Positions 24,016 to 32,765 of a DNA stretch of 64,000 nt are shown here, piece after piece. The stretch's first letter is position 1, and every line of letters starts with the position of its first letter. The notes beneath the pieces were generated by a model. The model was not told where the DNA came from and did not search any database. It saw only the letters and a program-made list of their open reading frames with translations. The stretch comes from Aquificaceae bacterium (GTDB taxonomy: Bacteria; Aquificota; Aquificia; Aquificales; Aquificaceae). The stretch is from NCBI GenBank assembly GCA_037925075.1, contig JAXSNR010000002.1, forward strand, positions 192,001-256,000, in the 5' to 3' direction. A program made the position numbers and the translations under genes.

Positions 24016-24260
24016 AGATATACTCTTTCCAGAAGAAGTAAAAGCTCTTCAAAGAGGTTCATTGCTGTTTCTTCTGATGGCATGTCTATAACTATTCTTT
24101 CTACACCCCCTGTAGATAAAACTACCTTTTTACCCTTCAATTCCATTGTCCTTATATGGTAGTAAGGCACAACTAAGGCCTTTTCATCTGTTCTGTAAAT
24201 CATATACTTACTCTCAAGCTCAACTCCTAAGCTTTTTAGGTGTTCCCTTTTGCTTTTCAT
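24012..24260 (-). CDS. Hypothetical protein (~82 aa)
   Basis: ATGA overlap with the upstream methyltransferase stop; plausible composition. Confidence 0.6.
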   Translation of the reverse strand: MKSKREHLKSLGVELESKYMIYRTDEKALVVPYYHIRTMELKGKKVVLSTGGVERIVIDMPSEETAMNLFEELLLLLERVYL

Positions 24261-24886
24261 ACTATCCCCGGCGGTATCTTTATTGGACTGTTGAACCTTT
24301 CGGGCTCTTCTTTTATCACCATGGCGTAAGCCCCAAAGCAATACTTTCCAAGCTCCACAACTCTTCCAACCCTTAAACCTGCCTCTTCAAGCATGAGACC
24401 CATCTCCCACTCGGAATAAACCTCCTCCGGCGGAGGTCCTTTGTCCCTTTCTTCCTTCTTCCAGTCTATGATAGCCACGTAGGCAAGTGGTTTGCAAACC
24501 CTTTTTATCTCTTGCATGTAGCTTACTGGATCCGCAAGCTCATGGAAGACAAAAGCCATAAAAACGAAATCCACAAGGTTATCCTCAAGGGGTATGTGAT
24601 TCTCTTCTGAAGACAAGACTTCTACATTGGACAGACCAAGGCTTTTTACCTTGTTTTTGGCATACTCCACCGCCAAGGGCTCTGTGTCTATGGCATAAAC
24701 CTTGCCTTCTGTTCCCACAGCTCCTGAAAGGTAGGGTAGGTAAAAGCCTGCACCCGTGCCCACATCGAGCACCTTCATACCTTTTTTAAGTCCAAACTCC
24801 CTAAGAACCTTCTCTGGGTCAAAGAGTTCAAGCCTGCTGGGGTCATCCAGCTTTTGTAGTTTTGAAGGGTCAAACTTGTGTCCCAT
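24257..24886 (-). CDS. Class I SAM-dependent methyltransferase
   Basis: VLDVGTGAG, VYAID, FVFHE, GPP motif. Confidence 0.88.
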   Translation of the reverse strand: MGHKFDPSKLQKLDDPSRLELFDPEKVLREFGLKKGMKVLDVGTGAGFYLPYLSGAVGTEGKVYAIDTEPLAVEYAKNKVKSLGLSNVEVLSSEENHIPLEDNLVDFVFMAFVFHELADPVSYMQEIKRVCKPLAYVAIIDWKKEERDKGPPPEEVYSEWEMGLMLEEAGLRVGRVVELGKYCFGAYAMVIKEEPERFNSPIKIPPGIV

Positions 24887-24894
24887 AGAGAAGA

Positions 24895-26886
24895 TTATAT
24901 AAGTTTTATGAGTTCCCTAAGCTGTTTTATCTCATCTCTTATCTTTGCCGCCTTTTCAAACTCCCACCTTTTTGCACATTCCCACATTTCCTTTTCTAGC
25001 TTGTTTATACGTTCTATGAGGTCCTCCTCTGAAGATATGTCCTTAGGAAGCTTGATGGGAAGTTTTACATAGTCCAGTTCTTCTATTGCAAGCAGTTCCT
25101 TTATAGGCTTTACTATGCTCTTTGGTGTTATGCCATGCTCTTGGTTGTACTTTTCCTGAATATTTCTTCTTCTGTTGGTTTCTTCTATGGCTCTTTTCAT
25201 GGACTCGGTGATCCTGTCCGCGTAAAGTATGGCTTTTCCGCTTATGTTTCTTGCTGCACGCCCTATGGTCTGTATAAGGGAGGTGTAGCTTCTCAAAAAG
25301 CCCTCCTTGTCCGCTTCAAGTATGGCAACAAGAGACACCTCCGGAAGGTCAAGGCCTTCTCTTAGAAGGTTCACGCCCACTATGACTTCCACAGTACCTT
25401 CCCTAAGCTCCTTAACCACCTTTGCCCTTTCTATGGCATCAAGGTCCGAGTGCATGTACTTGGCTTTTATGCCCCTCTCATTAAGGTATTCTGAGACCTC
25501 TTCCGCAAGCCTTTTGGTGGTGGTCAAAACCAAAGCCCTTTCTTTACTTTTTTTCCTTTCTTGAACTTCTTTTATGAGGTCCTCTAACTGGTTTCTTGTG
25601 GGACGCACCTCCACCACAGGGTCAAGAAGCCCCGTAGGCCTTACTATCTGCTCCACGATCACACCCTTGCTTCTTTCAATTTCCCAATCTCCTGGTGTGG
25701 CGGACATGTATATGATCTGATTGAGCTTTTGTAAAAACTCCTCAAACTTTAAGGGTCTGTTGTCAAGTGCGGAAGGTAGCCTCCAGCCATACTCCACCAA
25801 CTTTTCCTTCCTTGAGCGGTCTCCGTTGTACATGGCTCGGATCTGTGGGATAGTCACATGGGACTCATCCACTATAAGAAGGAAGTCATCGGGAAAGTAA
25901 TCAAGCAGTGTAAAGGGCGGCTCACCGGGTTTTCTACCGTCAAAGTACCGAGAGTAGTTTTCTATTCCCTTGCAATGCCCCAACTCCCTTATCATTTCCA
26001 TATCGTGCATGGTTCTCTGGTAAAGCCTTTGGGCTTCCACCAGCTTACCTTGAGCCTTGAACCACTCCACCCTTTCCTTTAGGTCCCTTTCTATCTGCTC
26101 AAGGGCTTGTCCAAGGGTTTCTTTGGGTGCCACGTAGTGGCTTGCTGGAAATAGAACCACCTTTTTGAGGTCCCTTATCTTGTTCCTGTTGAGTGCATCC
26201 ATAAGGCTTATAGACTCTATCTCATCATCCCAAAACTCTATCCTCAAAAGCTGGTCTTCCATGTCGGAAGGAACCACCTCAAGGGCGTTGCCCTTTACCG
26301 CAAAGGTTGCCCTCCTTATTGCGTAGTCGCTCCTTTCGTAGCCTATTTCCACAAGCCTTCTGGTAAGCTTGCTAAGGCTATATCTTTGACCTATTTCAAG
26401 GGATATTCTCATAGAGTAATAAGCCTCCGGCGAGCCAAGGCCGTATATGCAAGATACAGAAGCAACCACTATAATATCCCTCCTTTCAAGAACCGAGACG
26501 GTTGCTGAGTGCCTGTATCTTTCTAAGATCTCGTTTATGCTGGCGTCCTTTTCTATGTAAAGGTCCTTTTCTGGTATGTAAGCCTCCGGCTGGTAGTAGT
26601 CGTAGTAAGAGATAAAGTACTCCACCGCGTTTTCTGGAAAAAGCTCCTTTAACTCCCTATAAAGTTGTGCGGCGAGTATCTTGTTATGGGCTATTATAAG
26701 GGTGGGCTTGTTGTACTTTTCTATCACATTGGCTATGGTGAAGGTCTTGCCCGTGCCCGTGGCACCCAAAAGCACCTGCTCTTTAACACCAGATTCTAAA
26801 TTTTCAAGAAGCTCCCTTATTGCCTTCGGTTGGTCTCCTGCAGGTTTGAAGGAAGTTTTCATACAAAAGCCTGTTGTAGCCTTCAT
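24895..26886 (-). CDS. uvrB: Excinuclease ABC subunit B
   Basis: [39 protein letters not shown]-terminal UVR; start 26886 or 26862. Confidence 0.98.
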   Translation of the reverse strand: MKATTGFCMKTSFKPAGDQPKAIRELLENLESGVKEQVLLGATGTGKTFTIANVIEKYNKPTLIIAHNKILAAQLYRELKELFPENAVEYFISYYDYYQPEAYIPEKDLYIEKDASINEILERYRHSATVSVLERRDIIVVASVSCIYGLGSPEAYYSMRISLEIGQRYSLSKLTRRLVEIGYERSDYAIRRATFAVKGNALEVVPSDMEDQLLRIEFWDDEIESISLMDALNRNKIRDLKKVVLFPASHYVAPKETLGQALEQIERDLKERVEWFKAQGKLVEAQRLYQRTMHDMEMIRELGHCKGIENYSRYFDGRKPGEPPFTLLDYFPDDFLLIVDESHVTIPQIRAMYNGDRSRKEKLVEYGWRLPSALDNRPLKFEEFLQKLNQIIYMSATPGDWEIERSKGVIVEQIVRPTGLLDPVVEVRPTRNQLEDLIKEVQERKKSKERALVLTTTKRLAEEVSEYLNERGIKAKYMHSDLDAIERAKVVKELREGTVEVIVGVNLLREGLDLPEVSLVAILEADKEGFLRSYTSLIQTIGRAARNISGKAILYADRITESMKRAIEETNRRRNIQEKYNQEHGITPKSIVKPIKELLAIEELDYVKLPIKLPKDISSEEDLIERINKLEKEMWECAKRWEFEKAAKIRDEIKQLRELIKLI

Positions 26887-26905
26887 AAGCTTATAATTTA
26901 AAGCG

Positions 26906-27925
26906 GTGAGGGTACTTTTGCTTACAGAAGGCTCATCCACAGTAGGGCATGGACATATAACAAGATGTTTGTCTTTATATCAAGCCTTTGAGCTTTTGGG
27001 ACATGAGCCGATTATGATGGTTGCGGGGGACCATTCTGTAAGGGGCATTTTGGAAGGGAAAAACTATGTAATCTTTGACTGGCACAAGGGATGGAAAGAG
27101 GTCCTCAAAAAGCTTAAAGACTACCATGCGGTGGTGGTAGATTCTTACATGGCAAGAGAAGAGATATACGAAGATATAAGTCAAGTTGTGAGTTCAAAGC
27201 TTTACATAGATGATTACAAAAGAATAGACTATCCTTCTGGAGTTGTTTTAAACGGCAGTATATACGCCTACGAGCTTGACTATCCGAAAAAGGAAGGTGT
27301 TAGATACTTTCTTGGACCCAAATATGTACCTCTCAGGAGTGCCTTTTGGAAGGTGGGCAGAAAAAGGATAAGGAAAAGACCTAAGCGTATTCTCATAACC
27401 TTTGGTGGAGATGATTTAAGGAATATGACACCAAAGGTACTTAGCTTGCTTAAAGAAAACTTTATCGGGCTTGAGTTTCTGGTGGTTGTAGGAAAGGGCT
27501 TTAATAACCGTGAGCTTATACTAAGCATGGCGGACGCAAGGACAAAAATCTTTGAAGGGCTTACCGCAGAAGGTATGAGAGACCTTATGCTTTATGCGGA
27601 TATGGCAATAAGTGCAGGCGGGCAGACTACCTACGAACTTGCAAGGGTTGGCACTCCCGCAGTCCTTGTGGCGGTTGCGGAAAATCAGCTTCTAAACTGT
27701 AAGGGATGGGAAAAGGCGGGCTTTGCCATCTACGCGGGCTGGTGGGAAGAGGGAAAACTCTTTGAAAAAATACTTACCTACACGGAAAGGCTGGTGGATT
27801 TTGAGCTAAGAAACGCCATGAGCAAAAAAGGGAAAAAGCTTGTAGACGGACAAGGTGCAAAAAGAGTTGTAAAGGAGCTTACCCTTTCAAAGAAACCTCT
27901 CCCTTTATCATACCCATTACAATAA
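26906..27925 (+). CDS. pseG: UDP-2,4-diacetamido-2,4,6-trideoxy-beta-L-altropyranose hydrolase (PseG-like)
   Basis: [33 protein letters not shown]; Pse locus context. Confidence 0.8.
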   Translation: MRVLLLTEGSSTVGHGHITRCLSLYQAFELLGHEPIMMVAGDHSVRGILEGKNYVIFDWHKGWKEVLKKLKDYHAVVVDSYMAREEIYEDISQVVSSKLYIDDYKRIDYPSGVVLNGSIYAYELDYPKKEGVRYFLGPKYVPLRSAFWKVGRKRIRKRPKRILITFGGDDLRNMTPKVLSLLKENFIGLEFLVVVGKGFNNRELILSMADARTKIFEGLTAEGMRDLMLYADMAISAGGQTTYELARVGTPAVLVAVAENQLLNCKGWEKAGFAIYAGWWEEGKLFEKILTYTERLVDFELRNAMSKKGKKLVDGQGAKRVVKELTLSKKPLPLSYPLQ

Positions 27926-28979
27926 TATCCTTCCACCTTCCATCCTTAAAAACAAACTCTCTGAGCCTACCCTCTTCCTTAAAGCCCATACGTTTGTAAA
28001 GGTCTATAGCTCTTTGATTATCTTCTATAACTTCAAGCTTTAAGGTGTGCAATTTTGCCACCTCAAAGGCAAGTATTATGATGGATTTTCCAAGAGTGAG
28101 ACCTGTAAAAGGAATTTTTTCTTCTGGGTTGGCATACATACCAAAATATGCGTTAAGGTTGCGAAAATCCACCCTGTTTAAGTATAAGACACCTATGGGT
28201 TTTCCCTCTTTGTATACCAGATAATAAAAATCCCTTCTGTTGTGCTTTAAACTCTCTATAAAATTCCTGTGCTCCTCCTCAGTTATCTCATGGTCTGTAT
28301 ACATCCATTTTCTAACCTCAGGATGGTTCCTCCATCTTCTTACCATATTTATCTCTTCTTCCTTCAGGTTCACAAAGTTTTTGAGTAGCACGCTTCCAAG
28401 CTCTATATTTCTCTTTAAGCTCTCTGATGGGTGTATCCCATCCCTTTTCTCTGATAAAGGGTTCAAAGATGTGGTATTCTCGTTTGTAGTGTCTTGACCC
28501 CCCCCGTGTTGCCTAAATGGCTTGATTTCCATATTTTTTATTTTATCCCAGTTTTCTTTAAACAGCCTTTGAATTTCCTCGTGAAGTTTCAGATAGGAAC
28601 TTCTTAAAGTTTCCTTCTCCTCGTCTATAAAAACCTCCTTCTGTAAGAGTATGGGACCCGTATCCACGCCCTCATCTACAATATGAATGGAAACGCCCTT
28701 TGGTGTATCCTCCAAAAAGCTCCACACATTGGGATAATACCCCTTGTTGTAAGGAAGAAAGGATATGTGAAGATTTATTATCCTTGGGTAGTAAGACCTT
28801 ACCACTTCCTTTGGTATTATGTGCTTGTAGTTGTAGCTAACTATAAACTCTGGGTCTATTGTTCTTACAAATTCTAAGTCTATCCTTTCTTCGGTGTATA
28901 TGACTTCCTCACCCACACCTTTTAAAAATTCAACCAGCCTTAGGCTCAGTTCATTACCACCAAGAAATAGGATTTTCAT
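27879..28979 (-). CDS. pseH: Sugar N-formyltransferase fused in frame, via a G8 tract, to PseH-type N-acetyltransferase
   Basis: N-half INLHISFLP, DEGVDTGPI; C-half from GTG 28391: LLKNF..WRNHPEVRKWMY, LEVIEDN..A..LY..GF. Confidence 0.8.
   Translation of the reverse strand: MKILFLGGNELSLRLVEFLKGVGEEVIYTEERIDLEFVRTIDPEFIVSYNYKHIIPKEVVRSYYPRIINLHISFLPYNKGYYPNVWSFLEDTPKGVSIHIVDEGVDTGPILLQKEVFIDEEKETLRSSYLKLHEEIQRLFKENWDKIKNMEIKPFRQHGGGQDTTNENTTSLNPLSEKRDGIHPSESLKRNIELGSVLLKNFVNLKEEEINMVRRWRNHPEVRKWMYTDHEITEEEHRNFIESLKHNRRDFYYLVYKEGKPIGVLYLNRVDFRNLNAYFGMYANPEEKIPFTGLTLGKSIIILAFEVAKLHTLKLEVIEDNQRAIDLYKRMGFKEEGRLREFVFKDGRWKDIIVMGMIKGEVSLKG
28498..28505 (-). repeat. G8 homopolymer, candidate slipped-strand phase-variation site
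   Basis: CCCCCCCC on +; lies exactly where the formyltransferase C-terminus moves to another frame. Confidence 0.75.
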
Positions 28980-29680
28980 GTTATTTTCCTAACGAGCTTA
29001 AAAGCTTCTGCATAATCAACACCTACCTGCATTCCTCTTAACCTTGCCAAATACTCTACACCTTCTACAGACCTTGGATGTGGATATGTCCTTAACTCAC
29101 TTTTATAGCAACTTAGAGCCTCAATTTTTTTCTTAATATGCTCCTCGGAAAGTACAAAATAAGTGTTTGGTTGGAAGCTTAGAGGATAGTTCCATTCGGT
29201 GGAAGACAATACTTCGCATGAATATATCTCCTTAACAGGGCTTAATGGTTGAGGTCTTGTAGCAGTCAATACAGCTCTATATGTTATCTGATGATCTATA
29301 TTGAGATCTTCTTTGTGGTGTGTGAATATAACTTTTGGACTTAACTCATTTATAACCTTCTCAAGAACCTTGATAATATCAAGTAAAGGCACAGTGTCAA
29401 ATCTATTATCTGGAAAATCATATAGGAAAACTCTTTTTACGCCTAGTATTTTATTGGCTTCAATTGCTTTTTCTTTTATTTCCCTAAGTTCTTTTTCTCT
29501 TAGTTTAGGGTTCCTTTTTTCATCTCTTGAAGTAATACCTTCACCAAGTATAACAGTATATACATCAAAACCTTCCTCTGAAAACCTTTTCACGGTTCCA
29601 CCGCAAGCTAACACCTCGTCATCTGGATGAGCAAAAACAAGTAAGACTGTATCGTTTTTCACTCTTCTTTTAATGACCAT
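28976..29680 (-). CDS. PIG-L/LmbE-family N-deacetylase (alternative GTG start 29662)
   Basis: AHPDDE, THH.EDLNIDH, YPHPRS, AEAF. Confidence 0.9.
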   Translation of the reverse strand: MVIKRRVKNDTVLLVFAHPDDEVLACGGTVKRFSEEGFDVYTVILGEGITSRDEKRNPKLREKELREIKEKAIEANKILGVKRVFLYDFPDNRFDTVPLLDIIKVLEKVINELSPKVIFTHHKEDLNIDHQITYRAVLTATRPQPLSPVKEIYSCEVLSSTEWNYPLSFQPNTYFVLSEEHIKKKIEALSCYKSELRTYPHPRSVEGVEYLARLRGMQVGVDYAEAFKLVRKIT

Positions 29681-30384
29681 TTTTTAAAAATCATTTCCCT
29701 TGTTTTGTCATATCCAATATTGAAAAGAGTATCAAAAAAGCACAACCAAGGCACAAACTCTTTAGCACCTTTTTGTGGATAAGTCAATATTTCCGGATCG
29801 TGAAATAAAACCTTTATGCCCCTAGCTTCGAAGTATTCTTTTACACCATATACTCTGCCATTGCTTCCAGAGACATAAATACCGCCTCCTACCGCTTTCA
29901 TTATATTGTATAAATTTTCCACGCCCTTGGAATTGGGTATATTTAAATCTGTAGCTTTAACAATCTTATCCCTTATGTTAATGCCAAACATATCACACGC
30001 ATTCAAAATCGTGTGAATAATCGTCTCCGCATAATTGTATCTTGTTTTTTCTAAAACATTCTCCACATCTTTGTAGTATAGTTCTATATAACCCTCGTCA
30101 AAGTAGTCATGCTTTTTATATGCCTCTCGTAAGATATTTTTGTGTTTACTTACCCACTCGCTTCCTGCAATTACTGTGTCATATATTAAACTCCTACTAC
30201 TTGAAGCCACTGGTATAGTCAACCATTGTATTTTGCCGTTGTTGAGGATTCTATTTCTATTTTCCACTCCTCTTGCTTGCCTTTGAACGTTGTCTAGGAA
30301 AACAAACAAATTTGCATTACACAGCCTTTGGAAGTATCCGATAATAGGCAAGTATCTTGGTTGACTTATGACTACCGTTTTCAT
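29659..30384 (-). CDS. WbqC-family protein
   Basis: ISQPRYLP, FVFLDNVQ, NRNRI, WLTIPV, YVSG; ATGA overlap. Confidence 0.85.
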   Translation of the reverse strand: MKTVVISQPRYLPIIGYFQRLCNANLFVFLDNVQRQARGVENRNRILNNGKIQWLTIPVASSSRSLIYDTVIAGSEWVSKHKNILREAYKKHDYFDEGYIELYYKDVENVLEKTRYNYAETIIHTILNACDMFGINIRDKIVKATDLNIPNSKGVENLYNIMKAVGGGIYVSGSNGRVYGVKEYFEARGIKVLFHDPEILTYPQKGAKEFVPWLCFFDTLFNIGYDKTREMIFKKWSLKEE

Positions 30385-31049
30385 ATTTTTCTGCATATAA
30401 CTTCCCATTCCGCATGTACTTCTCCGGTGATATGACTTTTTATCATTATTTCTTTAATATCAATTATGTCAAAGCCTTCAAGTGTATGTTTTAATTCTTC
30501 TATACCATAGAAATAAACATATCCTGTTCCTGCAATAGGGCCGCTTTCAGTTAACGCATACCTTTCATTTACTTTGTTTTTAGAAGTTATATAAGAAGTA
30601 TGGAATATAGAGTATGGATTGAAAAAGAAATATCCACCTCTTTTAAGGACTCGGTATACTTCTTTTATAACTCTCTTTGCCTCCTCATAATCCACGCATG
30701 TGATAGACCCTCTGTCAAAAACCAAGTCAAAACTCTCATCCTCGTAGGGCAGGCTTTCAGTAAAATCTCCTACCCTCAAGTCGCCCCTGACCCCAAACCT
30801 TTCAAATATACCTTTGGCCATCTCTATGGCTGTTTGACTACCATCTATGCCATACACGTTAAAACCCTCGAGAGCAAGAGCCCATAGGTTATTACCTGCA
30901 CCACAACCCACTTCAAGGATGCGAATATCTTTTCTTTCCCTATCCTTCGGATGATAACGCATAACGAAGCTGATGATCTTATCGTAGGGATATCTGGCGG
31001 TTTGAACTCCCTTTTTCCTCAAGTCTTCCCATAAGGTTTGAAAACTCAT
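30381..31049 (-). CDS. Class I SAM-dependent methyltransferase
   Basis: ILEVGCGAGNN, GIDGS, FDLVFDRGS. Confidence 0.9.
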   Translation of the reverse strand: MSFQTLWEDLRKKGVQTARYPYDKIISFVMRYHPKDRERKDIRILEVGCGAGNNLWALALEGFNVYGIDGSQTAIEMAKGIFERFGVRGDLRVGDFTESLPYEDESFDLVFDRGSITCVDYEEAKRVIKEVYRVLKRGGYFFFNPYSIFHTSYITSKNKVNERYALTESGPIAGTGYVYFYGIEELKHTLEGFDIIDIKEIMIKSHITGEVHAEWEVICRKI

Positions 31050-32116
31050 AGCACGACCTCCAAAAAACTTATTCCACTTGTATGAAAACTCTCCAGTTTT
31101 CTCTCATATTCACTAACTCCATGTCTGAAGTTTGTTCCAGAGTAGTATACAAACATTTTATCATACTTTGCCAGTGGCTCGTTTGCAGTGGTTATCATTC
31201 CACTATCCCACTCTCCTTCCTTTCCAAGGGGTATAATCGGTTCTTCAGAGACAAGCTCCCACTTTATGCAGTCTTTGCTGTACGCTAAATAAACCTCTAT
31301 CTTGCCCTCATGGGTGCCCTTTTGAATCTCATAGTCTATCATAAAAAGCCAAAGAAAGCCAAGATAGTGGTCTTTGTAGTTAAAGGGGCACAAGCCATAA
31401 AAGTCAGACCACTTAAAGCCTTTTTCTTGGGCTATTCTGTCTTCTTTTTCTGATGGTATCCATAGGGTTTTTGGCTTGCTCCAGTTTATAAAATCCTTGC
31501 TTATTGACATGCCAACGCAACGTCTTGTTCTTCCTTGCTTGTCTATCTTGTAAGTTTTTACCATGGCTCTGTAAACTTTCTTTCTTTTGTCATAAAACAC
31601 CGGTGCCACATCGCTGTACCATACCTTTCTTGTCCTTTTGTTTGGGAATTTAAGCAAGGGTATAACCGGATTATCTTTGTATTCCTCAAAGTTTATTCCA
31701 TCCTTTGAGAAAGCTACGCAGTATCCCTTGTCCGTGTAGCCAAATAGTTTGTAGGGGTACTCGTCTTCTGGTCTGTATATAACAGAGGGTATATGATAGT
31801 TTGCCACCACATTGCTCATGCATTCAAGGGACTGGGTTTTGTGGTAAAAGTCCAAAATCTTACCTTCTACCTCCACGGTTGGGTATAGATGTGCCACCGA
31901 TTCCTTCAAGGGTTTTATTAAAGGCTTTTTCCAGTTTATGCCATCCTCTGATTCCGCAAGGCACACAAAAAACCCAATACCATCCACATAGCTCTGGTAA
32001 TACATCCTAAGCTTACCATCAAGTTCTATAACAGAACCGTAAAGGTATGTATGCCTTTCTTCCCACGGGTACTCGGGACATAGCACAGGCTTTGGATGTT
32101 TTACCACCTTAAACAT
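31046..32116 (-). CDS. Putative five-bladed beta-propeller glycoside hydrolase/phosphorylase (GH32/43/130-like)
   Basis: Repeated Asp-box-like SEDGINW, SKDGINF, SKDFINW, SKDCIKW; GEWDSG. Confidence 0.65.
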   Translation of the reverse strand: MFKVVKHPKPVLCPEYPWEERHTYLYGSVIELDGKLRMYYQSYVDGIGFFVCLAESEDGINWKKPLIKPLKESVAHLYPTVEVEGKILDFYHKTQSLECMSNVVANYHIPSVIYRPEDEYPYKLFGYTDKGYCVAFSKDGINFEEYKDNPVIPLLKFPNKRTRKVWYSDVAPVFYDKRKKVYRAMVKTYKIDKQGRTRRCVGMSISKDFINWSKPKTLWIPSEKEDRIAQEKGFKWSDFYGLCPFNYKDHYLGFLWLFMIDYEIQKGTHEGKIEVYLAYSKDCIKWELVSEEPIIPLGKEGEWDSGMITTANEPLAKYDKMFVYYSGTNFRHGVSEYERKLESFHTSGISFLEVVL

Positions 32117-32750
32117 TTACCTCCTCAAAGTTTAAAATATCCATATATTCCCATTCCCTGTATGCCATTGCGTATATACCAGCTTGGGACAAAAGCCTAA
32201 CAAAGCCCTCGTTAAAACTTAAACTTCCCATTATAAGAATAAGCTTTTTGCCCGCATATTCAGAAAAGTATTCTAAAAACCTCTTTGCCTTTTCCTTAAA
32301 CTCTTCTATGTGCTTTTCTCTTGGTGTGGATTTTACTTCAAGGAGAAAAACCTTATCTTCACATACCACCACAGCGTCAAATTCCTCATAAATGCCCTTG
32401 TCTTTGTCTTCATACTCAAGCCTTAAAAATGCCTTCTTTGGCTCACATTTGAAGTATTGTCTGATAGCTGGTTTAAAGGCTGGGAAAATTATGTCTTCTA
32501 CAATGGTTCCAAGCTTGTTAGATATTTCACCCCAACGCTTGTTATTCTCCCTGCGGTATTCCCTTATTTGTCTGTCAGTTTCTTCCTTATATTCCCTTAT
32601 CTGCCTGTCTGTTTCTTTTCTGTACTCTTCCAGCCTTCTTTCGCCCTCCGCAATCATCCTGCTTGCCCAAAGCTTAAAGTCAAGCATTTCCCTAACAAGT
32701 AGTTCTCCAAGCTTTTCCAGCCTTTCTACTCTGTCTTCAAGTTTTTCCAT
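32109..32750 (-). CDS. Coiled-coil plus PD-(D/E)XK nuclease-like protein (DUF3782-like)
   Basis: Coiled-coil repeats, WGEISNKLGTIVED, EFD..EVKS. Confidence 0.7.
   Translation of the reverse strand: MEKLEDRVERLEKLGELLVREMLDFKLWASRMIAEGERRLEEYRKETDRQIREYKEETDRQIREYRRENNKRWGEISNKLGTIVEDIIFPAFKPAIRQYFKCEPKKAFLRLEYEDKDKGIYEEFDAVVVCEDKVFLLEVKSTPREKHIEEFKEKAKRFLEYFSEYAGKKLILIMGSLSFNEGFVRLLSQAGIYAMAYREWEYMDILNFEEVNV
32557..32627. repeat. Imperfect 33-bp tandem repeat (about 2 copies) encoding EY(R/K)xETDRQIR
   Basis: Units start at 32557 and 32590 (tattcccttat.tg.ctgtc.gtttctt...). Confidence 0.8.
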
Positions 32751-32765
32751 AGTTCTAAATATATA

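Noticed and set aside
32557..32627. 33-bp repeat as a possible CRISPR
   Set aside because: No spacers, in-frame coding repeat, no cas genes
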